Source: Patescibacteria group bacterium
GTDB lineage: Bacteria > Patescibacteriota > Minisyncoccia > Phycocordibacterales > UBA12088
NCBI GenBank assembly: GCA_015491245.1
Contig: WFWH01000002.1
Coordinates: 3,823 to 67,822 of the forward strand
Direction: 5' to 3'
Length of the DNA stretch: 64,000 nucleotides
The notes beneath the pieces were generated by a model. That model was not told the DNA's origin and made no database searches. It saw nothing but the letters and a program-made list of their open reading frames with translations. Position numbers and translations under genes: made by a program. Position 1 is the stretch's first letter; every line of letters starts with the position of its first letter. Below are positions 49,241-58,030 of this stretch, one piece after another.

Positions 49241-49246
49241 TTTCCC
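49241..49246 (-). promoter_or_regulatory. extended -10 TGcTATACT for gyrB
   Basis: Minus strand aaatTTGcTATACTaaaaggg, 44 nt before the ATG. Confidence 0.35.
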
Positions 49247-49300
49247 TTTTAGTATAGCAAATTTTCTCCCTACCCGCGAGGCGGCACTGCCAAAAAAACC

Positions 49301-49330
49301 GGCGTGTTGCGCCGGTTTTTTCTCTCTTGC
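49301..49330. terminator. bidirectional intrinsic terminator: AAAAAAACCGGCG-tgtt-GCGCCGGTTTTTT
   Basis: It follows the stop at 49355 of the Ala-rich gene (minus strand) and precedes the gyrB promoter. Confidence 0.6.
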
Positions 49331-49354
49331 CCTGGGCCCTGGAGCGGGCCGCGG

Positions 49355-50113
49355 CTACGCTTCCTGGAAGGCGGCGCGCAGATCTTCGGAGGCGGCGCGC
49401 ACCTCTTCTTTGAATGCGGCAATGGCGGCATCCACCTTCGCCTTCTGCGCCTCACGAAGCGCGCGGTGCGCCTCGCGCCCGCTCTCGCGCAAGCCTTTCA
49501 GGGAAGCGCGGAATTCCTCCAGTGCGGTGCGCAGCGTGGCGCGCAACGCCTCGCGAATTTTTGCGCGGTCTTTCCCCTCCGCGCAAGCGGTGCGGAGGTC
49601 CTCCATCGCGGCGTCTGCAGCCGTGCGCAGCGCGCGCAGCGCATCCTGTATTTTTTCAAACCGCTCGCCCACCAAGTCATCTATGCCCTGCCGGTATGCC
49701 GCAATCGCTGCATCCACTGCCGCGCGGCGCGCGGCAACCGCATCTTCCACGCGGGTGCGGAACGCTGCTACCGCTTCTTTTTGCACATCAGTTTTCGCTT
49801 TCGCCTCTAAACGCGCATAGCGCTCCGCACGGCGCGCATCGGCGGCGGCGCGGCGCGCCGTCAATTTTTCATCTTGGCGCGCGCGGCGCGCGGCGCGGCG
49901 CTCTTGGATCAGCGCTTTCTTCTCACGCAGTTTTTGCTCACGCTTCTCTACCCCGCGCGCCGCTCTTTGGGCAATCTCATCCACTCGTGAACAGAAACCG
50001 GCGATTCTCCCCGCGGGTGTGCTCTCTTGGGCGAATACGGTGCCACCCGCCGGGAAGAGCAGCGACAGCACCAAAAGTGATAAGAGTCCTGTGTGGTACG
50101 TCTTGCTTTTCAT
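49355..50113 (-). CDS. secreted Ala/Arg-rich coiled-coil (apolipoprotein-like) protein
   Basis: Signal peptide MKSKTYHTGLLSLLVLSLLFPAGGTVFAQ. About 220 aa of repetitive amphipathic helix follow (...AVDAAIAAYRQGIDDL...AKVDAAIAAFKEEVRAASEDLRAAFQEA). Confidence 0.5.
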   Translation of the reverse strand: MKSKTYHTGLLSLLVLSLLFPAGGTVFAQESTPAGRIAGFCSRVDEIAQRAARGVEKREQKLREKKALIQERRAARRARQDEKLTARRAAADARRAERYARLEAKAKTDVQKEAVAAFRTRVEDAVAARRAAVDAAIAAYRQGIDDLVGERFEKIQDALRALRTAADAAMEDLRTACAEGKDRAKIREALRATLRTALEEFRASLKGLRESGREAHRALREAQKAKVDAAIAAFKEEVRAASEDLRAAFQEA

Positions 50114-50166
50114 AGGTAACGTACAATGGATTAAAAGGCCACCGCCACGTTGCGGCATAGGCACCG

Positions 50167-50544
50167 TTACTGATAAAGGGGTTCGGTTTCGTCCACCTGC
50201 GTGCTCTCCTCTACGTCGGCGGATTCGTCCGCCGCGGCAAAATCTTCGGCACTTGCATCCCCATCGGCGAGCAAGTCGCGCACCACGCTATCCACCGCCG
50301 CCGCACCCTCATTCTGTGCCGCGGGAGCGGGTGCGGTGGCGGTATTTTCAGTGTTTGCCGCCGGTGCACTCTCAGCGGGAGATGTTGGCGACGTGCGCGG
50401 GGTTGGGGTGGATTGGGTAGATTGCGTATCAGAGGCTACTTCCCCGGGATACGGCATATCCGCGTATACCGCATAGAGCAGCACCGCCACAGAGGTAATG
50501 GCGATAAGGCCCCATATGACCATACGCGGTGTTACGGCATTCAT
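50167..50544 (-). CDS. small membrane-anchored acidic Thr/Pro/Ala-rich protein
   Basis: MNAVTPRMVIWGLIAITSVAVLLYAVYA, then a low-complexity acidic tail. Its stop lies 3 nt upstream of the 50164 Met of the Ala-rich ORF. Confidence 0.4.
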   Translation of the reverse strand: MNAVTPRMVIWGLIAITSVAVLLYAVYADMPYPGEVASDTQSTQSTPTPRTSPTSPAESAPAANTENTATAPAPAAQNEGAAAVDSVVRDLLADGDASAEDFAAADESADVEESTQVDETEPLYQ

Positions 50545-50616
50545 ACGTAATCGCAAGAGATAGTTAAGGTGAATAAAAGCGACCTATAAACCAGCGAAAA
50601 GGGCGCGGCAGCGCCG

Positions 50617-50645
50617 CGTATACTACGCTTATGCTACGTATACTA
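50617..50645. repeat. direct repeat CGTATACTA x2 (each containing the palindrome GTATAC and a TATACT hexamer), 20-nt period
   Basis: gCGTATACTAcgcttatgctaCGTATACTAtaagg. A hairpin GGCGC-n-GCGCC plus T-run lies just downstream of the pheT stop (minus strand, about 50596-50616). Confidence 0.4.
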
Positions 50646-50713
50646 TAAGGAGAGGTACGCCGCGCGTAAATGCGAATAATACACAGGGAGGAGGGCGCCG
50701 GTAACCGCAGCAC

Positions 50714-52648
50714 CTAGCGCACCTCCCATCCCTCGCGCACCATCGCCGCGGCAATGCGGTCCATAATGGTATTTACCTCTTCGTCGGTGAGCGTGCGTTC
50801 ATCAGATTGGAACACCAAATGGAACGCGAAAGAGCAGCGCCCGTCTTTGGGAAAGGTATCAAACAGGTCGCAGCGTACCAGAATATCCCCGCCGATGCGG
50901 CGGATTATCTCCGCTACCGCTTCAGCTGCCGTCCCTTCAGGTACCCACACGGCAATATCGCGCAAGACGAAGGGGTAAGGGGAAGGCGGCCGGAAACGGG
51001 TCTCAGCGCTATCAACACCCGCCGGTTCATACGCGTCCGGTTCTGGCAGCGCGTCAAGCAGCGCATCAAAAGAAAGCTCCGCCGCTGCGCCGCGCCACTG
51101 GGGCTCGGGGAGTGCGGTTCCCAAATGAGCCGCGAGCGCCTCCAGCGCTTCGGAAATCTCCCCCTCGGGAGTACGCCCCTTTTTCTTTTTAGGGAATGCA
51201 ACACCAAGCGACAGCATTACCTCCTCCTCTGCGCCGCTGCCGTCCTTTCGCAGGCCTCGCCACACGGTCCCTATCTCAAACAGCGAGATTACCTCAAGTC
51301 CCAGAAGCGGCGCATAGTAGGCATTGCGCTCCAGCGCGCGTGCCATTGCGGGCAAGAGCGAAGCGCGCAGGTGGTTCTTATCCGCTGCGAGCGCATTGGC
51401 AAGCGCCACGGCACCCTGATCAGCCAACGGGTACGTATAGATCTCCGAAAATCCTCGCTGCGCGAGAAACGTACCCACCCGCTCCTCATAGTACCTGCGC
51501 TTTTGCGTGTGCGGCGCGTGTGGCAAGGGTGGGAGCGGAAGCGAGGTAATATTCTCATACCCGTAGGCTCTGCCGATTTCCTCCACCACATCCTCGGGGC
51601 CGGTGAGGTCGCGGCGCTCAAAGGGGGTGGCTACAGTGTAGCGGCCGCGCTGCTCCTGAAATTCCCACCCGAAACGGTAGAGTATCTCGTTTACCTCGCT
51701 CACTCCGAGAGGGGCACCTAAGAGCGCGGCTACATCCTCTAACGCGAACGTTACCTGCGGCGGGTGGTAGGGGTGCGGGTAGGTATCGCTGGCGCCCGCG
51801 AGCGTGCCGCCCGCAAGCGTGCGAATAAGCGCGATAACCTCCCGCAGCGCATAGGCGGTCAATTGCGGCACCGGCTGGTGCTGGAAGCGGTGCGAAGCGT
51901 CGGTGTGCAATTTGATGCGCTGTGCTGTTTTTCGTATGGTGGCGTAATGGAAGTTTGCCGCCTCCACCACGATATCTTCGGTATCCTCCCGCACTTCGGC
52001 ATGCGCGCCACCCTTAATGCCCGCAATGGCAAGCGCGGTATCGCTGGTGCCGTCGGCAATGACCAAATCTTTTTCGGTGAGCGTGTACGTCTCCCCGGTA
52101 AGCACCGTCACCTCTTCCCCCGCGCGCGCCCACCGCGCTTCCAGTATTTTCGTCTCCCCCTCCAGTTTTTGCGCATCAAACGCGTGCAGTGGCTGCCCCA
52201 GGTGCAGCATGACAAAATTGGTGGCGTCCACCACGTTATTGATGGACCGTTGCCCCACCGCCGCCAAGAGGCGCACGAGCCACTCCGGGGAGGGACCCAC
52301 ACGTACACCGCGAATAAGTACGGCACTCAAGCGGTGCACGCCTTCCTCGGCGCGAATGACCGTGCCGCAAGGGGCATCCGGGGAAAAAGGCAAGTGCGCC
52401 TCTTCCTTCAATGGATCGTTTTTAAAGGGGATATTGCCCATCACGGCAATCTCTTTGGCAATGCCGCGATGGCAGAGGCAATCACTGCCGCGATTCGCTA
52501 GCACATCCACCTCTATCACCTCATCACCCTCGTGCGCTTCCACGCCCTCTATTTCAAATGAATGGACTGTCAGCAGGTCCGCGATTGCCTGCGCCGGCGG
52601 AAGCGGGGAAGCAAAAAATCGCTGCAGCCAATTTCGCGATACGCGCAT
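50714..52648 (-). CDS. pheT: phenylalanyl-tRNA synthetase beta subunit (short, 644 aa)
   Basis: MRVSRNWLQRFFASPLPPAQAIADLLTVHSFEIEGVE... It carries the B3/4 and B5 domains and a C-terminal FDX-ACB-like region. Confidence 0.85.
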   Translation of the reverse strand: MRVSRNWLQRFFASPLPPAQAIADLLTVHSFEIEGVEAHEGDEVIEVDVLANRGSDCLCHRGIAKEIAVMGNIPFKNDPLKEEAHLPFSPDAPCGTVIRAEEGVHRLSAVLIRGVRVGPSPEWLVRLLAAVGQRSINNVVDATNFVMLHLGQPLHAFDAQKLEGETKILEARWARAGEEVTVLTGETYTLTEKDLVIADGTSDTALAIAGIKGGAHAEVREDTEDIVVEAANFHYATIRKTAQRIKLHTDASHRFQHQPVPQLTAYALREVIALIRTLAGGTLAGASDTYPHPYHPPQVTFALEDVAALLGAPLGVSEVNEILYRFGWEFQEQRGRYTVATPFERRDLTGPEDVVEEIGRAYGYENITSLPLPPLPHAPHTQKRRYYEERVGTFLAQRGFSEIYTYPLADQGAVALANALAADKNHLRASLLPAMARALERNAYYAPLLGLEVISLFEIGTVWRGLRKDGSGAEEEVMLSLGVAFPKKKKGRTPEGEISEALEALAAHLGTALPEPQWRGAAAELSFDALLDALPEPDAYEPAGVDSAETRFRPPSPYPFVLRDIAVWVPEGTAAEAVAEIIRRIGGDILVRCDLFDTFPKDGRCSFAFHLVFQSDERTLTDEEVNTIMDRIAAAMVREGWEVR

Positions 52649-52660
52649 GGAAAAGCAAAA

Positions 52661-53407
52661 CTAAAATTGGGTGATAAAGCGTAAGTCGGCGCTCAAAAAC
52701 CAACGAATGTCGTCTATTTCGTACTTAACCGCGACGAGGCGCTCAATGCCAGCCCCGAACGCAAACCCGCCATAGCGCGAGGGATCAACGCCCGCCGCAC
52801 TGAGCACGCGAGGGTGCACCATGCCCGCGCCCATAATCTCCATCCAGCGCTCCCCGCGCGCACTGGAGTGCCACATGTCCACCTCTACTCCCGGCTCCAC
52901 AAAGGGAAAGTAGCCCGGGCGGAACCGTGTTTTGATCTCCCGGCAGTAGTAGGAGGAAAGGAACGACTCCAGCACCCCTTTCAGGTGCGCGAGCGTAATG
53001 GCGCCTTTTTTGTCAATCACCAACCCCTCCACTTGGTGGAAGGCCGCCTCGTGAGTCGCATCGGTCGCCTCGTTGCGGAATACCTGCCCGAGCGAGATGA
53101 TGCGATAGGGAGGCGCCACGCCCTTTTTCTGCATCGCCTCCATGTACCGCACCTGAACCGAACTGGTATGGGTGCGCAGGACGAGATGGGGGGCGCCCCG
53201 TACAAAAAACGTATCCTGCGCATCGCGCGCCGGGTGATCTTGCGGCACATTGAGCGCGTCAAAATTGTACCACTCGCTTTCCACGAGGGGGCCTTCCGCA
53301 ACTGCAAACCCCATGGCGCCAAAAATGCTGCGCAGCTCCATCATGGCGCGCGAGAGGGGGTGTATGTGGCCCGCCGGCACGGGTGCTTGGGAGGAGGAAT
53401 CGGTCAC
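52661..53407 (-). CDS. pheS: phenylalanyl-tRNA synthetase alpha subunit, N-terminally short (248 aa), GTG start
   Basis: It starts at a GTG (plus-strand cac, about 53405-53407). The first residues, HPLSRAMMELRSIFGAMGF, align with about residue 100 of E. coli PheS. Class II motifs FRNEATDATHEAAFHQVEG and GAGMVHPRVL are present. Only 23 nt separate it from the upstream gene. Confidence 0.8.
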   Translation of the reverse strand: MTDSSSQAPVPAGHIHPLSRAMMELRSIFGAMGFAVAEGPLVESEWYNFDALNVPQDHPARDAQDTFFVRGAPHLVLRTHTSSVQVRYMEAMQKKGVAPPYRIISLGQVFRNEATDATHEAAFHQVEGLVIDKKGAITLAHLKGVLESFLSSYYCREIKTRFRPGYFPFVEPGVEVDMWHSSARGERWMEIMGAGMVHPRVLSAAGVDPSRYGGFAFGAGIERLVAVKYEIDDIRWFLSADLRFITQF

Positions 53408-53430
53408 AAGGGGAGTATAGCGAACGGTGC

Positions 53431-54477
53431 CTATTCAATCAACTCAAGGAAACGCTGCTGCGCGTCGTCTCGCACAATGATGGTGCTGCCGCTGCGCACA
53501 CGAAAATCAGAGAATTGCCCCCTGATAAGCGTCTGCACGTTCTGGCGCGAGCGGTCGTCCAGCTCTACCGCATGGAGCCCTTTGTCGTTCAGCACCAAGA
53601 GCACATCGTCCCTCCCCGGGAAAAATTCAAAGCGGCGGATGTCGTCCTGCCAATCAATGACAATGGTGTTCTTGCAAGTGATGGTGCAGAAGTAAAAAGG
53701 AATGGCGGCGCGGTCGCCCACCCATACTGCATACACATTACCCCGCTCCAGCCACGCCGCCACGCGGTTGCGCTCGCGCAAGGTGGGCTGTGCGCGGAAA
53801 TCCACCCAGCGCCCCTCCTCCCGTTGCATAAATTCCTCCAAGTAGGGCGGGAGCGCTATGCTAAACACGGTGGTGGTCGCTGCACGTGCGGCACTGCTGG
53901 TCGCCTGCGTACTAGTAGCGTGCGGCGCGCTCGTGGCACGCACTACCGCAAACTGCGGCTGTGCGGTTGCAGTAAAGTACGCCATCAACTCTTCATACGC
54001 GGGATTGGGAACCACGCGCGGCGTACTCGTGGCGCGTGACGAGGTAGCAACCGCAGGCGCACCGCTTCGCGTCGCTTCCGGTGTGGTGGTAGCGGGAATG
54101 GTTTTCCAGGTATGCGTGCGTGGCAGCATCAGCACCCGCGCCTCGGTAACCAAATTGGGGCGCACGTAGAGTGTTTTTTCCCACCAGTAGTAGCCGTCTT
54201 TCTCCACGCGTATGTGGTAGGTGCGGTTGGGGCGCAGATTTTGTATCAGCGTGTTGCGCAAAAAATACCCGTTGCGGTCTACAAACTTATCGTTGAGATA
54301 CACGCGCGTGCCGGCGACATCGGAATGGATGAAAATCCCCCCCGTGCGCACTACGTTGAGCGCGTCATCCAAGCGGTAGCCGCTCGCATACGCGGCGAGG
54401 AGCGGGCCTAACACCACAAAGAGCGCCACCGAGGTCCAGAGCAGTATGCGCCGTTTCTTTCTCTCAAGCGGTTTCAT
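53431..54477 (-). CDS. membrane-anchored PEGA-domain protein
   Basis: TM helix ILLWTSVALFVVLGPLLAAYA. PEGA-like GTRVYLNDKFVDRNGYFLRNTLIQNLRPNRTYHIRVEKDGYYWWEKTLYV. Thr/Ser/Ala-rich linker. Confidence 0.5.
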   Translation of the reverse strand: MKPLERKKRRILLWTSVALFVVLGPLLAAYASGYRLDDALNVVRTGGIFIHSDVAGTRVYLNDKFVDRNGYFLRNTLIQNLRPNRTYHIRVEKDGYYWWEKTLYVRPNLVTEARVLMLPRTHTWKTIPATTTPEATRSGAPAVATSSRATSTPRVVPNPAYEELMAYFTATAQPQFAVVRATSAPHATSTQATSSAARAATTTVFSIALPPYLEEFMQREEGRWVDFRAQPTLRERNRVAAWLERGNVYAVWVGDRAAIPFYFCTITCKNTIVIDWQDDIRRFEFFPGRDDVLLVLNDKGLHAVELDDRSRQNVQTLIRGQFSDFRVRSGSTIIVRDDAQQRFLELIE

Positions 54478-56131
54478 GGGCGAGCGGAGGGGCGGCAGCG
54501 ACGCGATGCTTGGGGGTTACCCAAAACGCACCGAGATAGCGGCCCAGCATGAGGCGCGTCTGGGCATCCAGGCCGGGGATCGCCCCGAATACCACAATGG
54601 TAACGGGAACCAGCGTCCACTGGAGCGCCATAATGGTATAGTGCCATGCCTTCCGCTTTTGCAAATCGGGCGGGAGCGGCGGAATCAGCGTAAAGGCGAC
54701 AATGGCGGAGAGCACGAGCCCGCCCATGGCGAGAATCATCAAATTGCGGGTGAAGAGCGGCAGATTGTAGGAGAGCACCGTATCCCGAAACGCTTCCCCG
54801 CCCAGCAAGAGCGGCAGCCACCCCAGCAGCAGGATAAAGAGCGGATTGGTGGCGAGTGACCAAAATCCCTCAATCTGGACAATGCTGTGCCGTATTTTCT
54901 CCTTGAGAGGTATGCGCTTGTTTTTCACGAAACCAAACAGCATGTAGGGAATGTTCTCCACCCCCCACATCCAGCGGCGGTGCTGCCGGTAGATATTCAC
55001 CATGGTGCGCCAGAGGGACGGCGTCAGATTGGCATCCATGGATACCGGAAACGAAATCGGGACCACGCGGTAGTTGCCGTCATGCGCGAGATACAAATTC
55101 CAAAAAATGCGCGAGTCGTCGGAGATCATGTTTTTTTGCCAAAATCCCACGCGCGCGAGTGCGGCAAATGAAACTGCGTGCGAGGAGAACGTGGTGAGCT
55201 TTTCCGGACGCTCCTGTTGGATCATCTGCCAGAACGTGGAAGAGAGCGCGGCGACCCGCGACACGGCGGGCGCGTGCCATATGTTGTTATTGTAGAGGGG
55301 AACCGGTTGGAACGAAGCGCGCAGGCGGTCTTCGGTAGTCATAAAGTGCCACGAGAGGCAGGCGAAGTAATGGGGGTGCACCACCGTGTCAATGTCAAAT
55401 GCCGACACAATCACATCCTCAAAGGGAATGCCGTGCGCCTCGAGCACAGCGCGCTGCGCCTCTTGGGCCGCATAGGTGATGTTGGGTCCCTTGCCCCGTA
55501 TCTCGCCGGGCAAGCCGTCGGGGTGCACCGTCACCAAAAAGTGCCCGAACCGCGCCCCGTACTTGCGCCGCATGTCCTCCGCAAGCTCACGCGCCGCAGG
55601 ACCCGCGCGCTCCTCCGCCGCCAACACCACGATGAAGCGCCGCAAATCGTAGCGGGCGCGCGCGAGCGCTCGTATGCTCTGCTCCACCACTTCTCTCCCC
55701 TCTCGGTAGAATGGGAGGAGAATGAGGTGGTAGAGATGCTCGTGCTTTACCCCCTCCAGCATGCGCGGCCAATCCACTGCCATGTTGTGGCGGAGCCGCT
55801 TCCAGTTGTGGCGGTGGTGCGCCGAAAGGTACACCGTCTTCAAGAGCCAGTAGAAGTCAAATAGAATAATGAAGTATGCCGCGAGGCGCGGATTGGTTGC
55901 GGAGAGGATTGCCGTGCCCAAGAGCGACCCCCACGCGAGCGCACCGGGAAGTATTTCAAACGCACGGTAGAGCGCACGGTCCCACCCCTGCAGATCGCGC
56001 GCGTGCGCAACATGAAAATAGGGCGTTTTCGCGTAATCCACGTTATGGGCGATTATAGCGGGGCGTTTCTGGCGCGACAAGCGAAGAGGCGCCTCCGCCG
56101 CGCCTCTACCGAGAAAGTCCGGCATACGCAC
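54464..56131 (-). CDS. family-2 glycosyltransferase, integral-membrane processive synthase type (cellulose/chitin/hyaluronan-synthase-like)
   Basis: DxD (SAFDIDTVVH). QxxRW (QHRRWMWG). TM helices lie N-terminal and C-terminal to the catalytic domain. It overlaps the PEGA gene by 14 nt. Start uncertain (56131 GTG or 56125 ATG). Confidence 0.6.
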   Translation of the reverse strand: MRMPDFLGRGAAEAPLRLSRQKRPAIIAHNVDYAKTPYFHVAHARDLQGWDRALYRAFEILPGALAWGSLLGTAILSATNPRLAAYFIILFDFYWLLKTVYLSAHHRHNWKRLRHNMAVDWPRMLEGVKHEHLYHLILLPFYREGREVVEQSIRALARARYDLRRFIVVLAAEERAGPAARELAEDMRRKYGARFGHFLVTVHPDGLPGEIRGKGPNITYAAQEAQRAVLEAHGIPFEDVIVSAFDIDTVVHPHYFACLSWHFMTTEDRLRASFQPVPLYNNNIWHAPAVSRVAALSSTFWQMIQQERPEKLTTFSSHAVSFAALARVGFWQKNMISDDSRIFWNLYLAHDGNYRVVPISFPVSMDANLTPSLWRTMVNIYRQHRRWMWGVENIPYMLFGFVKNKRIPLKEKIRHSIVQIEGFWSLATNPLFILLLGWLPLLLGGEAFRDTVLSYNLPLFTRNLMILAMGGLVLSAIVAFTLIPPLPPDLQKRKAWHYTIMALQWTLVPVTIVVFGAIPGLDAQTRLMLGRYLGAFWVTPKHRVAAAPPLAHETA

Positions 56132-56245
56132 TGGCTTTTCCGCCGCCCGCTTCTTTTTCTAAGCGCGCCACGGCACGCTAAGAACGCTGGACGCGGCTCG
56201 CCGACAAGCACGCTCCTTCGGAGCGTCTTGTATACCGGCTCCGCC

Positions 56246-56300
56246 GTTCGAGTCCCTCTCCGGCAACACACGCTGGTCGCCGCAGGGACTGCCCTGCGGC
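56246..56300 (-). repeat. inverted copy of the tRNA-Thr 3' end (GTTCGAGTCCCTCT-C-CCGGC, 19/20 nt) plus adjacent perfect hairpin GCCGCAGGG-actg-CCCTGCGGC
   Basis: On the minus-strand transcript this lies 6-60 nt downstream of the tRNA. The copy is complementary to the tRNA T-arm and acceptor 3' strand. Its own T-stem cannot pair, so it is a fragment, not a tRNA. Confidence 0.6.
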
Positions 56301-56305
56301 TCCGC

Positions 56306-56378
56306 GTGTGTAAGAGCCGGCAGAGGGACTCGAACCCACGACCTGCGGTTTACAAAACCGCTGCTCTACCAACTGAGC
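56306..56378 (-). tRNA. trnT: tRNA-Thr (anticodon UGU)
   Basis: The reverse complement reads GCCGGCATAGCTCAGTTGGTAGAGCAGCGGTTTTGTAAACCGCAGGTCGTGGGTTCGAGTCCCTCTGCCGGCT. It has a 7-bp acceptor stem, a D-loop AGTTGGTA, an anticodon loop TTTGTAA and a T-loop TTCGAGT. One T-T mismatch in the T-stem. CCA is not encoded. Confidence 0.85.
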
Positions 56379-56420
56379 TATGCCGGCTGCACGGTGGTGG
56401 GTGCGAGGCGGCGGGCAGCA

Positions 56421-57008
56421 CTACCCGCGCGCGGAGAGGCGCGCGATGCGCTCCACTTCAATGCGCTCGCCGAATTTTTGCACCGCCTCTTGAATGAGCG
56501 CCCCCACCGTTTTGGTTTCATCCTTGATGAAGGGCTGCGCTAATAATACCCGCTCCTTCAGGTATGCGTCCATCTTTCCTTCCACGATCTTGGCGCGGAT
56601 TTCCTCGGGCTTGTCCGCCGCCTCTTTCTCAAACACCGCGCGCGCGGCGCGCACGTCGTCTTCTGTTACCTCCTCGCGGCGTACGAATTGCGGATCTGCA
56701 GCCGCCACATGCATGGCAATGTCATAGGCGAGGCGCACAAAATCCTCGTTTTTCGCGACAAAATCAGTCTCGCAGGTAAGGAGTACCATGGCGCCCACCT
56801 CATGGCCGGCATGCACGTACGCTGCCACCGCACCCGCACCCAGCGAGCGGTCAGATTTTTTTGCCGCCGCGGCCCCGCTCTTTTTGCGGAGAATAACCGC
56901 AGCTTTTTCCATGTCGCCCTCAGCCTCTTCCAGCGCCTTTTTGCATTCCATGACCGAAACGCCGGTGCGGGCGCGCAATTCCTTTACCTGATCGGGAGTA
57001 ATCGCCAT
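56421..57008 (-). CDS. tsf: elongation factor Ts (short, 195 aa)
   Basis: MAITPDQVKELRARTGVSVMECKKALEEAEGDMEKAAVILRKKSGAAAAKK (UBA-like N-terminus), then the dimerisation domain. Confidence 0.85.
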   Translation of the reverse strand: MAITPDQVKELRARTGVSVMECKKALEEAEGDMEKAAVILRKKSGAAAAKKSDRSLGAGAVAAYVHAGHEVGAMVLLTCETDFVAKNEDFVRLAYDIAMHVAAADPQFVRREEVTEDDVRAARAVFEKEAADKPEEIRAKIVEGKMDAYLKERVLLAQPFIKDETKTVGALIQEAVQKFGERIEVERIARLSARG

Positions 57009-57081
57009 AGGTACTTAAAAAACAACTTGCATTACTAATAATGACAGCAGAACTTGCGAGACGCGCAGCGCCCCACGCGCA

Positions 57082-57870
57082 CTACGCTCCCTCTTCTTCG
57101 GTCCCTGGTTCCGCAGTGGGAGAAGCAGCCGCCGCTTCCTTTTTACGGCGCATGCCCTCTCCATACGCTTTGCCTATCTCTTCCACAAAAAATGCGATGC
57201 TCGCGCGTGCCGCATCATTCGCCACAATGGGATAGGCGATGGGAGCAATATCACAGTCGGTGCTCGCCAGCGCGATAACCGGCAGAGAAAATTCGCGCGC
57301 CTCCCGCACCGCAATATGCTCAAAGCGGGGATCCACCACCAACAGCGCCTGCGGCAGCGCTTCCATGCCCATAAGGCCGCCGAACTTTTCCTCCAGCTTG
57401 GCGATTTCCCGGTCAAACATGAGCTGCTCCCGTTTGGTGTACTTGGCAAGCTCCCCTTTCTCACGCTGGGTGCGCAAAGTTTCCAATCGCGCTACTCGCT
57501 TCTTTATCTCGGGAAAATTGGAAAGCGTGCCGCCAATCCAGCGGCCAGCGACATAAGGGAGCCCCAAAGACTCCGCCGTCTCCCGGACCGCTTTCTGCGC
57601 CTCACTTTTGCCGCCCACCATGAGCAGCACCTTCCCCTCTGCGCCCAGGGTGTGCGCAAATTCCTTGGCGCGTGCGAGCTGCGCGGCGGTTTTGGTAAGG
57701 TCAATGATTTCCAGTTTTTCTTTGGTGCCGTAGATATACGGCGCAACGCTAGGATGGCGGCGCGCGCGCGAGCACCCGTAGTGCGCCCCCACAGAAAACA
57801 TGCGGCTCACCACCTCCGCCTGCGCTAAGTGGTCTTCTGTTCCTTGTGGAATCACCGTGGTATTCGTCAT
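57082..57870 (-). CDS. rpsB: 30S ribosomal protein S2
   Basis: ...MFSVGAHYGCSRARRHPSVAPYIYGTKEKLEIIDLTKT... The true start could be the internal Met at about 57801. A candidate promoter TTGCGC-17-TACGAT sits in the 160-nt upstream gap. Confidence 0.85.
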   Translation of the reverse strand: MTNTTVIPQGTEDHLAQAEVVSRMFSVGAHYGCSRARRHPSVAPYIYGTKEKLEIIDLTKTAAQLARAKEFAHTLGAEGKVLLMVGGKSEAQKAVRETAESLGLPYVAGRWIGGTLSNFPEIKKRVARLETLRTQREKGELAKYTKREQLMFDREIAKLEEKFGGLMGMEALPQALLVVDPRFEHIAVREAREFSLPVIALASTDCDIAPIAYPIVANDAARASIAFFVEEIGKAYGEGMRRKKEAAAASPTAEPGTEEEGA

Positions 57871-58030
57871 AAAGTATGCGCAACAAACTTATGGCGCCTT
57901 GCGTATCGCAGCACACACTGCCGCAGCGGCAACACCCGCCCCGCCGCGCACGCGGCGCGCCATAGTGTGGCTATCGTACCAGATGAATCCTGCCTGCGCA
58001 AGGATGCCGCGGAGCGTGGGGGAACTGCCA

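Noticed and set aside
56246-56275. Possible second tRNA on the plus strand (GTTCGAGTCC T-loop motif)
   Set aside because: Flanking bases cannot form a T-stem or an acceptor stem. It is only a copy of the tRNA-Thr 3' end.
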